Assembly: GCA_050288085.1 (NCBI GenBank)
Contig: JBNKDD010000001.1
Span: 15,728-79,727 of the forward strand
Reading direction: 5' to 3'
From: Anaerolineae bacterium
Lineage (GTDB): Bacteria; Chloroflexota; Anaerolineae; Aggregatilineales; UBA3940
DNA length: 64,000 bases
Shown here: positions 24,224 through 33,646 of the stretch, one piece after another
Layout: every line of letters starts with the position of its first letter
Numbering within the stretch: the stretch's first letter is position 1
The notes under the pieces: generated by a model
What the model saw: only the letters and a program-made list of their open reading frames with translations
Told to the model about the DNA's origin: nothing
The model's database searches: none
Made by a program: the position numbers and the translations under genes

Positions 24224-26131
24224 TTAGCCTGCCCACTGATCGTACCACATCTCGAAAGTTAGCAGCGTCCACAGGTGCTTTCGTGCATCGTAGCGGTGGG
24301 CAAGGTGATCGCTGAGCAATGTCTGCACCGCCTCTGCCTCGAAGAATCCTTCGCGCCGGAGTTTGTCCGGGTGCAGCATGTCCTGGGCCATATCAAGCAG
24401 CGGGCCGGTCAGCCACTTGGCAACCGGTATGTTGAAGCCCTTTTTGCCACGTCTCCATATTCTGGAGGGTAAGATGTCCTCGATTGCCCGGCGCAGTAAA
24501 TGCTTGGTGGTCAGGCCGTGTAGTTTATAGCGATGCGGTAACCTGGCAACAAAGTCGAGCATCACCTGGTTGAGCAGCGGTACTCTGACTTCTAATGAGG
24601 TTGACATGCTGGCCCGGTCAACTTTGGGCAAGATGTCGCCCTCCATGTACATCTTCTTATCGAGGTACAAGACGCGGTTTAAGGTATCATCGGCTTGGCA
24701 GTTTGCCATTTTATCCGTGACCAGCGCGAAGGTTTCGGCCTCGGTACGGCGCAGGTGAGGTTGTAGAACCCGGTGTTTCTCGGCGGTCGTATAGGCTCCG
24801 AGCCACTGCTGGTGACGTACTTCTAAAGGCTTATCTGCGCCGCTAACAAAGCGCTTGACCTTAAAATCGAAGCTGATGTTATTAAACGAGGTTGGCATCG
24901 CCCCAGCAATGGCTGGGATGACTTGCTGTCTGAGTGGGCGTGGGACGATCCGCTCGTAGTAACTTTCCATCAGGCGATGGGCCTGCAAGGTGCTGTAGCC
25001 TGCAAACATCTCGTCGCCGCCATCACCGCCTAACGCTACCTTGACGTGTTCCTGCACGAATTGCGAGAGCAGCGTTGTTGGGATAATGGAGGAGTCGGCC
25101 AGTGGCTCATCCATGAAGCTAGCAATGGTCGGGATCAGGTTGAGTAAATCCTGGGGGGTGATGCGGCGCTCATGATGGTTAGTCCCCAGGTGTTCGGCCA
25201 CGAGGGTGGCATAGGTGGATTCATCAAATGACGGATCGTCCATCCCAATTGAGAAGCTCTGAACATTGCCTGGTGAAACCTGCGCCATCATTGCTGCGAC
25301 GGCGCTGGAGTCGATACCACCGCTCAACAGTACACCGATAGGCACATCGGCGATCATCTCCATCTCGACCGCTTCAAGCAGTACCGATTTGAGTTCAGAC
25401 AGGTAATCGGCCTCAGTGCGGGTAGCACTGCCGTTTGAAGATGATTCGCTCAGAGAGAGGTCAATATCCCAATAGCGCTCGACAGTTAATTGACCATCTT
25501 TTAGCAGCAGGAAGTGTCCCGGCTGGAGCTTATAAATCCCCTCGAAGATCGAGAGCGGGGTAGGAACATATTCAAAGGATAGGTAGGCGTCTAATGCCGC
25601 CGGATCGATCCGCCTGGAAATACCCGGAAAAGCCAGAATGGCCTTGAGTTCCGAACCAAAAACAAATGCTTCATTTATCTGGGTGTAATACAGGGGTTTG
25701 ATCCCGGTGCGATCACGGGCAATGAACAGCCGCTTTTCGCGGTCATCCCACAGGGCAAAGGTGAACATCCCATTCAGACGATTGAGTACATCAACACCCC
25801 ATTGTTCATAGCCATGAACGATTGTTTCAGTATCGCCGTTGGTTTCAAAGTGATGCCCGGCTTTTAACAGCTCGTCGCGTAGGGTGAGATAATTGTAGAT
25901 CTCACCGTTGAATACAATGCCAATCGTGCGATCTTCATTGTAGATTGGCTGGTCACCTCCCACCAGGTCAATGATGCTCAGACGGCGCGAACCCAGCCCG
26001 ACCGGGCCATTAAGGTATAGCCCCTCTGCATCCGGTCCCCGGTGGCGAATGGTATCGCACATTGAAGAGAGAAGTTGCCTATCCGCCGGGCGCTGCCGGT
26101 CCGTATGAACAAAGCCACAAATACCGCACAT
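24224..26131 (-). CDS. asnB: asparagine synthase (glutamine-hydrolysing)
   Basis: N-terminal MCGICGF (Ntn Cys2) and PP-loop LLSGGIDSS. Length is 635 aa. Confidence 0.9.
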   Translation of the reverse strand: MCGICGFVHTDRQRPADRQLLSSMCDTIRHRGPDAEGLYLNGPVGLGSRRLSIIDLVGGDQPIYNEDRTIGIVFNGEIYNYLTLRDELLKAGHHFETNGDTETIVHGYEQWGVDVLNRLNGMFTFALWDDREKRLFIARDRTGIKPLYYTQINEAFVFGSELKAILAFPGISRRIDPAALDAYLSFEYVPTPLSIFEGIYKLQPGHFLLLKDGQLTVERYWDIDLSLSESSSNGSATRTEADYLSELKSVLLEAVEMEMIADVPIGVLLSGGIDSSAVAAMMAQVSPGNVQSFSIGMDDPSFDESTYATLVAEHLGTNHHERRITPQDLLNLIPTIASFMDEPLADSSIIPTTLLSQFVQEHVKVALGGDGGDEMFAGYSTLQAHRLMESYYERIVPRPLRQQVIPAIAGAMPTSFNNISFDFKVKRFVSGADKPLEVRHQQWLGAYTTAEKHRVLQPHLRRTEAETFALVTDKMANCQADDTLNRVLYLDKKMYMEGDILPKVDRASMSTSLEVRVPLLNQVMLDFVARLPHRYKLHGLTTKHLLRRAIEDILPSRIWRRGKKGFNIPVAKWLTGPLLDMAQDMLHPDKLRREGFFEAEAVQTLLSDHLAHRYDARKHLWTLLTFEMWYDQWAG

Positions 26132-26142
26132 AAGACCCCTAT

Positions 26143-27159
26143 CTACTTATCCTCAGATTTGCCGCGTACCACGCGTCGCACCACGTAAATTGTCTTGCCC
26201 TGTGATTCGTAGTAGGTTCTTACCAGCAGTTCGGCGACCAATCCCATCAATATGGACTGGATACCCACAACAAAAAACATTGAAGCCATCTGTGGAAGCG
26301 GGGTCTGGATCAGGAAAATGCCGCGGATCCATTTGTTGAGGAAGGCGATCAACAGGGTGAGCGCGCTCAATACGATCAGGAAAATACCTACCCCACCGAA
26401 CAGATACATTGGCTTGGAATGATAACTTAACAAAAAGCGAAGCGTGATCAGGTCCATGATGACCTTGAAGGTCCGCTCCAGGCCATAACTGCTCTGTCCG
26501 TGGATGCGTGGACGGTGGTCTACTTTGACTTCGGTGATCCGGGCTCCAGCTGCCTCGGCATAAACTGGGATGAACCGGTGCATCTCACCATACAGTTGAA
26601 TCTGATCGACGACCTCGCGACGATAAGCTTTCAGCGAGCAACCGTAGTCGTGCAGCCGGACGCCCGTTATCCAGGAGATCAGCCGGTTGGCGATCATCGA
26701 CGGCACTCGCCGGGTCAAGAACTTATCATGGCGGTCATAACGCCACCCGCTGACCACGTCATAGCCTTCATTTAATTTATCGAGCAGCATCCCGATATCT
26801 GCCGGAACGTTCTGGCGGTCGGCGTCCATCAAGACAACAACTAACCCTGTCGAGTGATCGAGGCCAGCCGACATCGCTGCCGTCTGGCCGAAGTTGCGGC
26901 GTAGATCGACAAAGGTCACAGTGTCGGGATGTGAGTCGGCTATTTCAAGCAGCTTGCCTACGCTGTTGTCGCGGCTGCCATCGTTGACATAGACGATTTC
27001 GTAGCGGATATTGAGGGCATCCAGGGCGGTATCTAACTCTTCCTGGAGCAGCTCAAGATTATCTTCTTCATTGTAAACAGGAATCACAACCGATAAATCA
27101 ATCGGTTCAGATGATGTTTGTTCGATTTGGGTCTGATGGATTGCCATAGCTTCCCTCAA
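26143..27159 (-). CDS. family 2 glycosyltransferase (polyprenyl-phosphate glycosyltransferase-like)
   Basis: LSVVIPVYNEE and the MDAD motif. Two C-terminal TM helices, as in GtrB/DPM-like enzymes. Confidence 0.85.
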   Translation of the reverse strand: MREAMAIHQTQIEQTSSEPIDLSVVIPVYNEEDNLELLQEELDTALDALNIRYEIVYVNDGSRDNSVGKLLEIADSHPDTVTFVDLRRNFGQTAAMSAGLDHSTGLVVVLMDADRQNVPADIGMLLDKLNEGYDVVSGWRYDRHDKFLTRRVPSMIANRLISWITGVRLHDYGCSLKAYRREVVDQIQLYGEMHRFIPVYAEAAGARITEVKVDHRPRIHGQSSYGLERTFKVIMDLITLRFLLSYHSKPMYLFGGVGIFLIVLSALTLLIAFLNKWIRGIFLIQTPLPQMASMFFVVGIQSILMGLVAELLVRTYYESQGKTIYVVRRVVRGKSEDK

Positions 27160-27192
27160 GGTGGATTAACGAGGGAAAAGATAACATAAAGA

Positions 27193-27224
27193 TCGGCTTC
27201 TGGCGAAAGAGTACCAGAAGCCGA
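27193..27224 (-). terminator. rho-independent terminator after the SWIM gene
   Basis: 11-bp stem TCGGCTTCTGG / CCAGAAGCCGA, followed on the minus strand by a T-rich tract. Confidence 0.6.
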
Positions 27225-27249
27225 CCTATACATTAGCGATATTTGGTTT

Positions 27250-27828
27250 TCAAGCTGCTGGGCGACGTTCGAAATGCCAGCCTGGAGTCCGGGGACCGCC
27301 GTATTGCCGCGACACCAATAAATCGATCAGTGCGTCTCGAGCGTAGACTTCGGGCAGCAATTTCAATGCCGTCGCCAGGTGTTTGCACAATGCCTGTTGG
27401 CGCGATGCAAACCGGAAAAAATGGCAGTCGCAGGTCATTTGACGCTGCTCAAGGTCGATCACGACATCATGCCCCCGCATGGTGTAAACCCACCGGTAGG
27501 GGTCGCCTTCAATCAGGATGGCCTCTGATGGTGTAATCTGGTCCAGCCGGGGTTTTTGTTTGCGGTCAGGGTATTGGATCGCCATGTCTATCAACTGATC
27601 GATGGACAGTGATCCGAACCGGGCGGCGATCAGCTTATCCATTAGCAAGGGAAGTTCCTCTTCCCGCAGATGGTGCAAGATGCGCTCGATCAATGCTTCT
27701 TTGCTCAATCCCGGTACGCGCCGCAAACCGTACTGCTCCGAGAGAAAAACCAGGATGTGCGGGCTTGAGTCGCTCAATAAATTGTGTAGTATATCCTGTT
27801 GATGATTCTGTTTTGTTAACATTGTCAC
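27250..27828 (-). CDS. SWIM zinc-finger protein with an N-terminal SAP/Rho_N-like helix
   Basis: CDCHFFRFASRQQALCKH fits CxCxnCxH. GLSKEALIERILHHL is an N-terminal HeH-like segment. Confidence 0.6.
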   Translation of the reverse strand: MTMLTKQNHQQDILHNLLSDSSPHILVFLSEQYGLRRVPGLSKEALIERILHHLREEELPLLMDKLIAARFGSLSIDQLIDMAIQYPDRKQKPRLDQITPSEAILIEGDPYRWVYTMRGHDVVIDLEQRQMTCDCHFFRFASRQQALCKHLATALKLLPEVYARDALIDLLVSRQYGGPRTPGWHFERRPAA

Positions 27829-27900
27829 TCTACCAATACAAACTAAACCTTATCTAATTGTATTATATCATGTAGAAGTGACAGCTAACGTCACAAGTGT

Positions 27901-30465
27901 TTATAAATCTATATGAATCTCAAAATCATAAGCATCTTCAAGTGTCAATACAAGCTGGCCTCGCTCCGCGTCATAGCGCTGATCTTGTATTGTTGTGCCG
28001 CTGGCTGTTACCTGTTTGGGCTGGTCAGTTATCCGCATGACATGTAGTTCGATCCGCTCCGCCGGGGTTTCGTACTGGCCGGATACAGTCTGGCGGCTGA
28101 TGCTGATCGTCTCCTGCCCGGTCATTTTGAGGATTAACCGTGATAGCCGGTGAGCGGATTCGTCTTCATAATGAGGAGTCAGGCCGTCATCCTCGTATAA
28201 ATCGCTGTGATGTTCACCCGGCGCAGGATAAGCATAAAGTGTTAATGTGTCGATAATTTTCTCGCCAACGTATTGTTGCCTTGGCCAAAGTGGGATGATA
28301 GCTCCGCCTTTAACAAAAAGTGGCAGTAGGTTAAGGGGGGCATTGATCGCGCTTCGATGACTACACGAAGAGTTCTGAGTTTCACCTGTCCAGAAATCGT
28401 ACCATGTCCCGGCAGGCAGATAGACCTCGCGCTGCCGCCCACCTTCTTCCAATACCGGCGCGACCAGGAATGCATCGCCAAACAGGTATTGATCGTCGAG
28501 GCTGTAGGTTTCTGGATCGTCCGGGTAGACAAACGACAGCGACCGCATGATCGGCCAGCCATACTGAGCTGCCTGCCATGCGGCTGTATAAAGGTAAGGC
28601 AGCAGACGATAGCGCAGTTCCAGGTATTTACGGGAAATAGCCTCAACCTCTTCACCTAAAGCCCAGGGTTCTTGATCGGGTGAACCAGCCATTGAGTGGG
28701 CACGGTAGAAAGGCGTAAATGCGCCAACCTGCATCCAACGGGCGAACAGGTCCGGGGATGGTCCACCGGTAAAACCACCCAGGTCCGGCCCGGTGATCGG
28801 CACACCGGATAATCCCAGGTTCAGCACCATCTGAATCGAGAGGTGGAGGTGATCCCAGGTGCTTTGGTTATCTCCCGTCCAATGCATGGCATAACGCTGT
28901 ACTCCGGCCCACCCGGAGCGAGTCAGCAGCAGCGGGCGGCGATCCGGACGGAGGCGCTTCAGACCATCGCGGCTGGCTCGGACCATCTGCATCCCGTAAA
29001 CATTATGTACGGCGGCATGCTGCCCGCCTTGCCCTTCGAGATCGTGTTCGACTATGTTGGGGACGAAAGTTCCCGTCTTCAGAGTGATCAGGGCGATCTC
29101 GTTCATGTCGTTCCAGAAGGCATCCATCCCGGCATCGAGCAAGCCCTGATACTGATCACCCCACCAGTCGCGGGTTGCAGGACGAGTAAAGTCCGGGAAA
29201 TGGCAATCTCCGGGCCAGACCGGGCCAGCGAACCGTGAGCCGTCCGGGAACTTGATAAAGTGATCGGCCTTCACGCCCTGATCGTAGATATGGTACCCCC
29301 TGTCTACCTTGATGCCAGGATCGATCATCGATAGGCCCTTGAAGCCCTGAACATGCAGTTGATCTAACATGCCTTCCAGATCGGGGAAGCGTTCTTTATC
29401 CCAGGTGAAACAGCGGTAATCATCCATGTAGTGGATATCGAGGTGGATCACATCACAGGGGAGTTTGCGCTGGCGGAATTCGTTGGCGATCTCCAGCACC
29501 CGCGATTGGGGATAATAGCTCCAACGTGATTGGTGGAAGCCAAATGTCCAGAGCGGCGGTAATTTGCTGCGCCCGGTCAGTTCGGTGTATCTCTCAATGA
29601 TAGATTTCGGCGTTCCCGCCATCAAGTAAAGGCGGAATTCGCCGTCAGCAATCTGATAATCCATCAGGCCGGGTTGAGTGGTTCCCAGGTCAATCCAGGC
29701 ACGGTGTGGGTTATCGAAGAACAGGCCGATCCCACTTCCATCTGATAGGGCTAGCAGCAGGGGAATGCTCATATAGATCGGGTCTTCGCCTCTGTCATAA
29801 GCTGAGGGATCGCGGTTCCATAATTCAAAATGTCCCCCAGCATGATTTAACCGGCTGGCTTTTTCGCCCAGACCATAGAAGGCTGTCCCCTCGTCGAATT
29901 GAACTTGCCAGCGCTTCCAATTATCGCCGGGGTGATGGGCAATGCTGTTGGTATCCTGCATCAGAATCCGGCCCTCTTTATCCTTTAGCGTCAGGCTAAA
30001 GGGACTTTTGCCGATCACGAGCGTCAGGACTTCGGTCGAGAGTGTCACCGCTTCATCCGACTCTGACACGTTGAAATCCACCGACTGCCAATCGTGCTTT
30101 TCCACTCCATATGAAAACGGCTCCGGGAAATCCCCGTCCGGGCGGACACGAATCTGGATCAGGTCAGAGGCTAAAGGGATCAGACGGATCACGCCGTTCT
30201 CGGTGATCAGCGTTACGCTTTTCTGATCGGTACTCTGTACCTGGGTCACGTTTCCCGGTAAATTGTAAGCACTGAGCGGAGGGTGCTCCGGTGTGGGGTC
30301 TGACCAAAGCTCTTCAAGAAACGCCTGGAGAAAAGCGAACCCCTTTTTCTTTGGCTGAGCGGAGCGTACAACACGGGCCGCCGTCCGGTAGGGATAGATA
30401 AATCCGCGGAAGATCATATTGGGGGTCATGATATTGAATATCTGGAAAGGGTTAAAGGCAGTCAT
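27901..30465 (-). CDS. glycoside hydrolase family 31 alpha-glucosidase
   Basis: FWNDMNE nucleophile region and HWTGDN. Length is 854 aa. Confidence 0.9.
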   Translation of the reverse strand: MTAFNPFQIFNIMTPNMIFRGFIYPYRTAARVVRSAQPKKKGFAFLQAFLEELWSDPTPEHPPLSAYNLPGNVTQVQSTDQKSVTLITENGVIRLIPLASDLIQIRVRPDGDFPEPFSYGVEKHDWQSVDFNVSESDEAVTLSTEVLTLVIGKSPFSLTLKDKEGRILMQDTNSIAHHPGDNWKRWQVQFDEGTAFYGLGEKASRLNHAGGHFELWNRDPSAYDRGEDPIYMSIPLLLALSDGSGIGLFFDNPHRAWIDLGTTQPGLMDYQIADGEFRLYLMAGTPKSIIERYTELTGRSKLPPLWTFGFHQSRWSYYPQSRVLEIANEFRQRKLPCDVIHLDIHYMDDYRCFTWDKERFPDLEGMLDQLHVQGFKGLSMIDPGIKVDRGYHIYDQGVKADHFIKFPDGSRFAGPVWPGDCHFPDFTRPATRDWWGDQYQGLLDAGMDAFWNDMNEIALITLKTGTFVPNIVEHDLEGQGGQHAAVHNVYGMQMVRASRDGLKRLRPDRRPLLLTRSGWAGVQRYAMHWTGDNQSTWDHLHLSIQMVLNLGLSGVPITGPDLGGFTGGPSPDLFARWMQVGAFTPFYRAHSMAGSPDQEPWALGEEVEAISRKYLELRYRLLPYLYTAAWQAAQYGWPIMRSLSFVYPDDPETYSLDDQYLFGDAFLVAPVLEEGGRQREVYLPAGTWYDFWTGETQNSSCSHRSAINAPLNLLPLFVKGGAIIPLWPRQQYVGEKIIDTLTLYAYPAPGEHHSDLYEDDGLTPHYEDESAHRLSRLILKMTGQETISISRQTVSGQYETPAERIELHVMRITDQPKQVTASGTTIQDQRYDAERGQLVLTLEDAYDFEIHIDL

Positions 30466-30496
30466 GTTTCCTCCAAAGGTTTAAAGTTAAGATAAG

Positions 30497-31585
30497 CTAT
30501 TTCTCGAAAAGTGCCCAGGCTGTGCCGCCTTGATGATTAACGTATATCCGGTTATCCGGCCCACGCCAGAAACAGCGTTCTTCCCCCAGGGTGATGGCTG
30601 GGCTTTCCTCACATTGATAGGCATAGGTGAACGTGACCGGCGGCTCTACTGCCCAGCCGACTAATCCACGCATGGGTGCCGTCCGGTAGTAGCCCTCATA
30701 CCAGGCAGTCCAGAAGGCATTATCCGGCAGCTGTATATCGGGCGGTGGTTCAAGGGCTTCGGTAGGTTCTGTCGGCGGGATATTGTAAAAGCTGTAGATT
30801 GTTGGTTGACCATCACCAGACGTGGTATAGGCAGTCGTGGTGCTTGGAGAAGGAGAATTCTCATAGGGTAAAAAGATCATCAACCCGTTCTCAAAGAACT
30901 GTCCAACTGCCTCCTGTTCCTCAACCGGTTGGATTGGGCAGTAGTCGGTTGGGGGTGTTTCCATGAACCAGTCATATGGACAGGGAAGCGGATAATAGAC
31001 CGACTCTTCTACCTCTTTTATCGGGTAGCTCAACGAGGTGGCATTATCTGGATCAAGCTGCTGCCCGCTGAGGGCTGTAAGCTGGAAATGGACAAAGAAG
31101 GTAGGGTCTTCAGTGTAAGGTTGGAGTGTAATGATTTGCTCACCATCACCGGGCAGGGCAATAAAACACTCGCCGCCTTCAAAGGCCAGCGGATAGGGAT
31201 CATCGATCCGGTATTTGTAACACAGGTTAATCACCATCCCACCGCTTACCTTCCAGCGAGCGGTGACTGTATCCCCAAACTTCACTCCGCCCGGATCAGC
31301 ACCCTCTATGGTGAAGAACTCGACGACCGGTTGGGGCACGCCATCAGCGGGAATCAGGGCGTCAGGAATAGGTGTCGGGGTTTCGGTGGGTAATCCCTGG
31401 GGCTGGGGTGTTTGGTCAGAGGTGATAACTGGTGGCACGAATCCGGTGGGTGTCCAGGTCGGGCTGGGAAGATGTGTGGGCGAGTCAGGTGACGGCTCGG
31501 TTGCCGGAATCTCAGGTGTTGATGCGATGCCACAGGCCAGACTGCTAAGGATGAGAAAGACTATGGCAATATATCTATGCATCAT
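30497..31585 (-). CDS. hypothetical secreted protein/lipoprotein
   Basis: Signal peptide ending LSSLACG, then a Pro/Thr-rich linker and Cys-containing globular domains. It lies 31 nt upstream of the GH31 gene. Confidence 0.55.
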   Translation of the reverse strand: MMHRYIAIVFLILSSLACGIASTPEIPATEPSPDSPTHLPSPTWTPTGFVPPVITSDQTPQPQGLPTETPTPIPDALIPADGVPQPVVEFFTIEGADPGGVKFGDTVTARWKVSGGMVINLCYKYRIDDPYPLAFEGGECFIALPGDGEQIITLQPYTEDPTFFVHFQLTALSGQQLDPDNATSLSYPIKEVEESVYYPLPCPYDWFMETPPTDYCPIQPVEEQEAVGQFFENGLMIFLPYENSPSPSTTTAYTTSGDGQPTIYSFYNIPPTEPTEALEPPPDIQLPDNAFWTAWYEGYYRTAPMRGLVGWAVEPPVTFTYAYQCEESPAITLGEERCFWRGPDNRIYVNHQGGTAWALFEK

Positions 31586-31741
31586 GCTTCCTTGATATAA
31601 CTCCTTAAGTGATCCCTGACTAAGGATACCAGATACAGCTATAAAGAGTCTGTCCTATGCAACCAGTTGGCGGATCGTTCGTATGATCTATTGTCGGGTA
31701 TACTAAAGATGATTTAGCCTTCAACTGACGGTGAAATACCG

Positions 31742-32428
31742 GTGCAAGATAATCAGCAAACTACTACTACAGCCAGATTGACCTGTACGCGCTGCGGTCA
31801 GAAGATTTCCGGTGTCCCGCCTATGCCGAGGATGCGCTGCCCGCACTGTGGCGAATTGGGTTCGCCTGACCGGTCAGGGTTAAATCTGCTGACCATCGAT
31901 TGGGAATGCCCGGTCTGTGGATCGGTAAATGACGGTACTACCAATTTTTGCCTGAATTGCAGTGCAGGGTTAGCCAGCCGGTGTTTGCGATGTGAGGCTC
32001 CCGTTTATGGTGCGGTATGCCTGAATTGTGGCACACACCAGGCCCGCCTTCACCGGTTCCAAACATCAGAAGCCGACCGGGAAAGCTGGTCCCCGATTGT
32101 GATTGAGCCGGAACCAGAGATGGAAATACCCTCATCTCCGGATTATGCACTCGATCCAGCCGTGCGCAAGACACGCGTCAGGAAACGCCCCCGGCTGCGC
32201 CTCCAGGCCCGCCACTTATGGGGAAGTGTTTGGATTATCGCCGGGGTGATTTTCCTGTTCTGGGATAACATTCAGGCTTTCATCAAGCAGCCGTCAGTAT
32301 CCGCGTTTTTCTCAGAGAATGCCAGTTATCTTGTATTGGCTGCAACGGCGATTTGTGGTGCAGCGACGTTCCCCCTGTTCTTGCGTTTGTTTAACTGGCT
32401 GGCCCGGCAGGTGTTCCCGGAAACTTAG
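31742..32428 (+). CDS. membrane protein with three N-terminal zinc ribbons
   Basis: Three ribbons: CTRCG..CPHCG, CPVCG..CLNCS and CLRCE..CLNCG. Two C-terminal TM helices follow. GTG start. Confidence 0.55.
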   Translation: MQDNQQTTTTARLTCTRCGQKISGVPPMPRMRCPHCGELGSPDRSGLNLLTIDWECPVCGSVNDGTTNFCLNCSAGLASRCLRCEAPVYGAVCLNCGTHQARLHRFQTSEADRESWSPIVIEPEPEMEIPSSPDYALDPAVRKTRVRKRPRLRLQARHLWGSVWIIAGVIFLFWDNIQAFIKQPSVSAFFSENASYLVLAATAICGAATFPLFLRLFNWLARQVFPET

Positions 32429-33396
32429 GATAGATATCCCTGTGCTTTGAACCACTCCAGCGTGTCAGCTACCGTTTCAGCAAAGGCGCGCGGCGTAAAA
32501 CCAAAGGTCTCCCTGGCTTTTTCACAATTGAGCGGCTGCCAGTGCCGGATCGCCCGGATGGTTTCCGGGATGGGCAGCCCTAACCGCGCACCGATTTGAA
32601 GCAGTGCATCGACTGTCTGCATCTTCAATATGCGTTTTGGCGGTTTCATGCCGACCGATTCGGCAACCTCTCGCAGCGCATCAGCAATGTGTAAATTGTG
32701 CCCGCCGATTAGATATCGTTCGCCGGGTGTGCCTGAAGTCGCGGCCCGAACCTGTACCAGGCCCACATCACGAACATCGACCAGATTGTTGGTAGCATCA
32801 ATCCCAAATGACAGCCTCCCGCGTGCCGCTTCCAATATCAGGCGCGATGGGCTGCTCACTCCTCCACCAGGGCCGATGACCGCTGTCGGGCACATGATCA
32901 TCACCGGCAGCCCAGATAGGGTAGCTTGCAGCGCTTCATGTTCCATTGCCCATTTGCATTCGTAATATGCATTACGCACCGAGCCAGGCAGGTAAGCATC
33001 CCGCTCATCGGCCAGTCGATCCGACCCATCTGGCGGGGGGCCGATAGTGGTTAATGAGCTGGTAAACACGATCCGCTCAACGCCGGAATTTTTAGCTGCC
33101 TGGATAACATTTCTCATCTGTGTGACGCCCAGACGGGTAGCCTGAGGTATGTTGCGCTGGGCATGAGGAGCGTAAGCTGCCGCATGGAAGACAACCTGAC
33201 AGCCCGACATTGCCGCCTCAAGGCTACTTGGATTATCCAGGCTACCATCATGCCAGGTTACCGGCAGATCGCCGGTATTGCCGACTGAGCCTGATCGCCG
33301 CCGCAGACCGTGCACCTCCATACCGGCATCACAGGCCGCTCGAACGATTTCCCCACCAATAAAACCGGTCGCGCCCAAAACCAGAACGTGCATCAT
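32425..33396 (-). CDS. NAD-dependent epimerase/dehydratase family protein
   Basis: VLVLGATGFIGG Rossmann motif and a YxxxK-like YECK. Confidence 0.85.
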   Translation of the reverse strand: MMHVLVLGATGFIGGEIVRAACDAGMEVHGLRRRSGSVGNTGDLPVTWHDGSLDNPSSLEAAMSGCQVVFHAAAYAPHAQRNIPQATRLGVTQMRNVIQAAKNSGVERIVFTSSLTTIGPPPDGSDRLADERDAYLPGSVRNAYYECKWAMEHEALQATLSGLPVMIMCPTAVIGPGGGVSSPSRLILEAARGRLSFGIDATNNLVDVRDVGLVQVRAATSGTPGERYLIGGHNLHIADALREVAESVGMKPPKRILKMQTVDALLQIGARLGLPIPETIRAIRHWQPLNCEKARETFGFTPRAFAETVADTLEWFKAQGYLS

Positions 33397-33420
33397 GTCC
33401 CCTTACTTGAATTAGCGTGG

Positions 33421-33449
33421 ATAAAAAAACGCCCCACTTATGTGGGGCG
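33421..33449 (-). terminator. rho-independent terminator
   Basis: Stem CGCCCCAC / GTGGGGCG with a TTAT loop, followed on the minus strand by TTTTTTTAT. Confidence 0.75.
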
Positions 33450-33468
33450 CTGTCAATTGTTTTATTGA

Positions 33469-33627
33469 CTATTCGGCAGACTCGCCTTCGCCTTCCGTCT
33501 CTACGCGCTCATAGCGCGGTGCGTAAGAGCCGTTGGGTTTGCGGACGTAGTAGAGCTTCATCACCTGCTTTGGCGCATCGCCCTTGCGTGCCTTACCGAC
33601 GGTTTTCTTTGCACCTTTTCTACCCAT
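33469..33627 (-). CDS. small (52 aa) basic-N/acidic-C hypothetical protein
   Basis: MGRKGAKKTVGKARKGDAPKQVMKLYYVRKPNGSYAPRYERVETEGEGESAE. A strong AAGGAG SD lies upstream of the ATG. The gene starts 19 nt after the SAF gene stop and is followed by a terminator. The 86-aa version in the ORF track overlaps the upstream gene. Confidence 0.5.
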   Translation of the reverse strand: MGRKGAKKTVGKARKGDAPKQVMKLYYVRKPNGSYAPRYERVETEGEGESAE

Positions 33628-33646
33628 TGAATTACTCCTTAGTAAA

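Noticed and set aside
24224-26131. Asparagine-synthase homologue as a lasso-peptide cyclase or RiPP enzyme.
   Set aside because: It retains the N-terminal MCGICGF glutaminase nucleophile and the SGGIDSS PP-loop of true AsnB. No transglutaminase-like protease, RRE or precursor peptide ORF is adjacent. Its neighbour is a GT2 enzyme.
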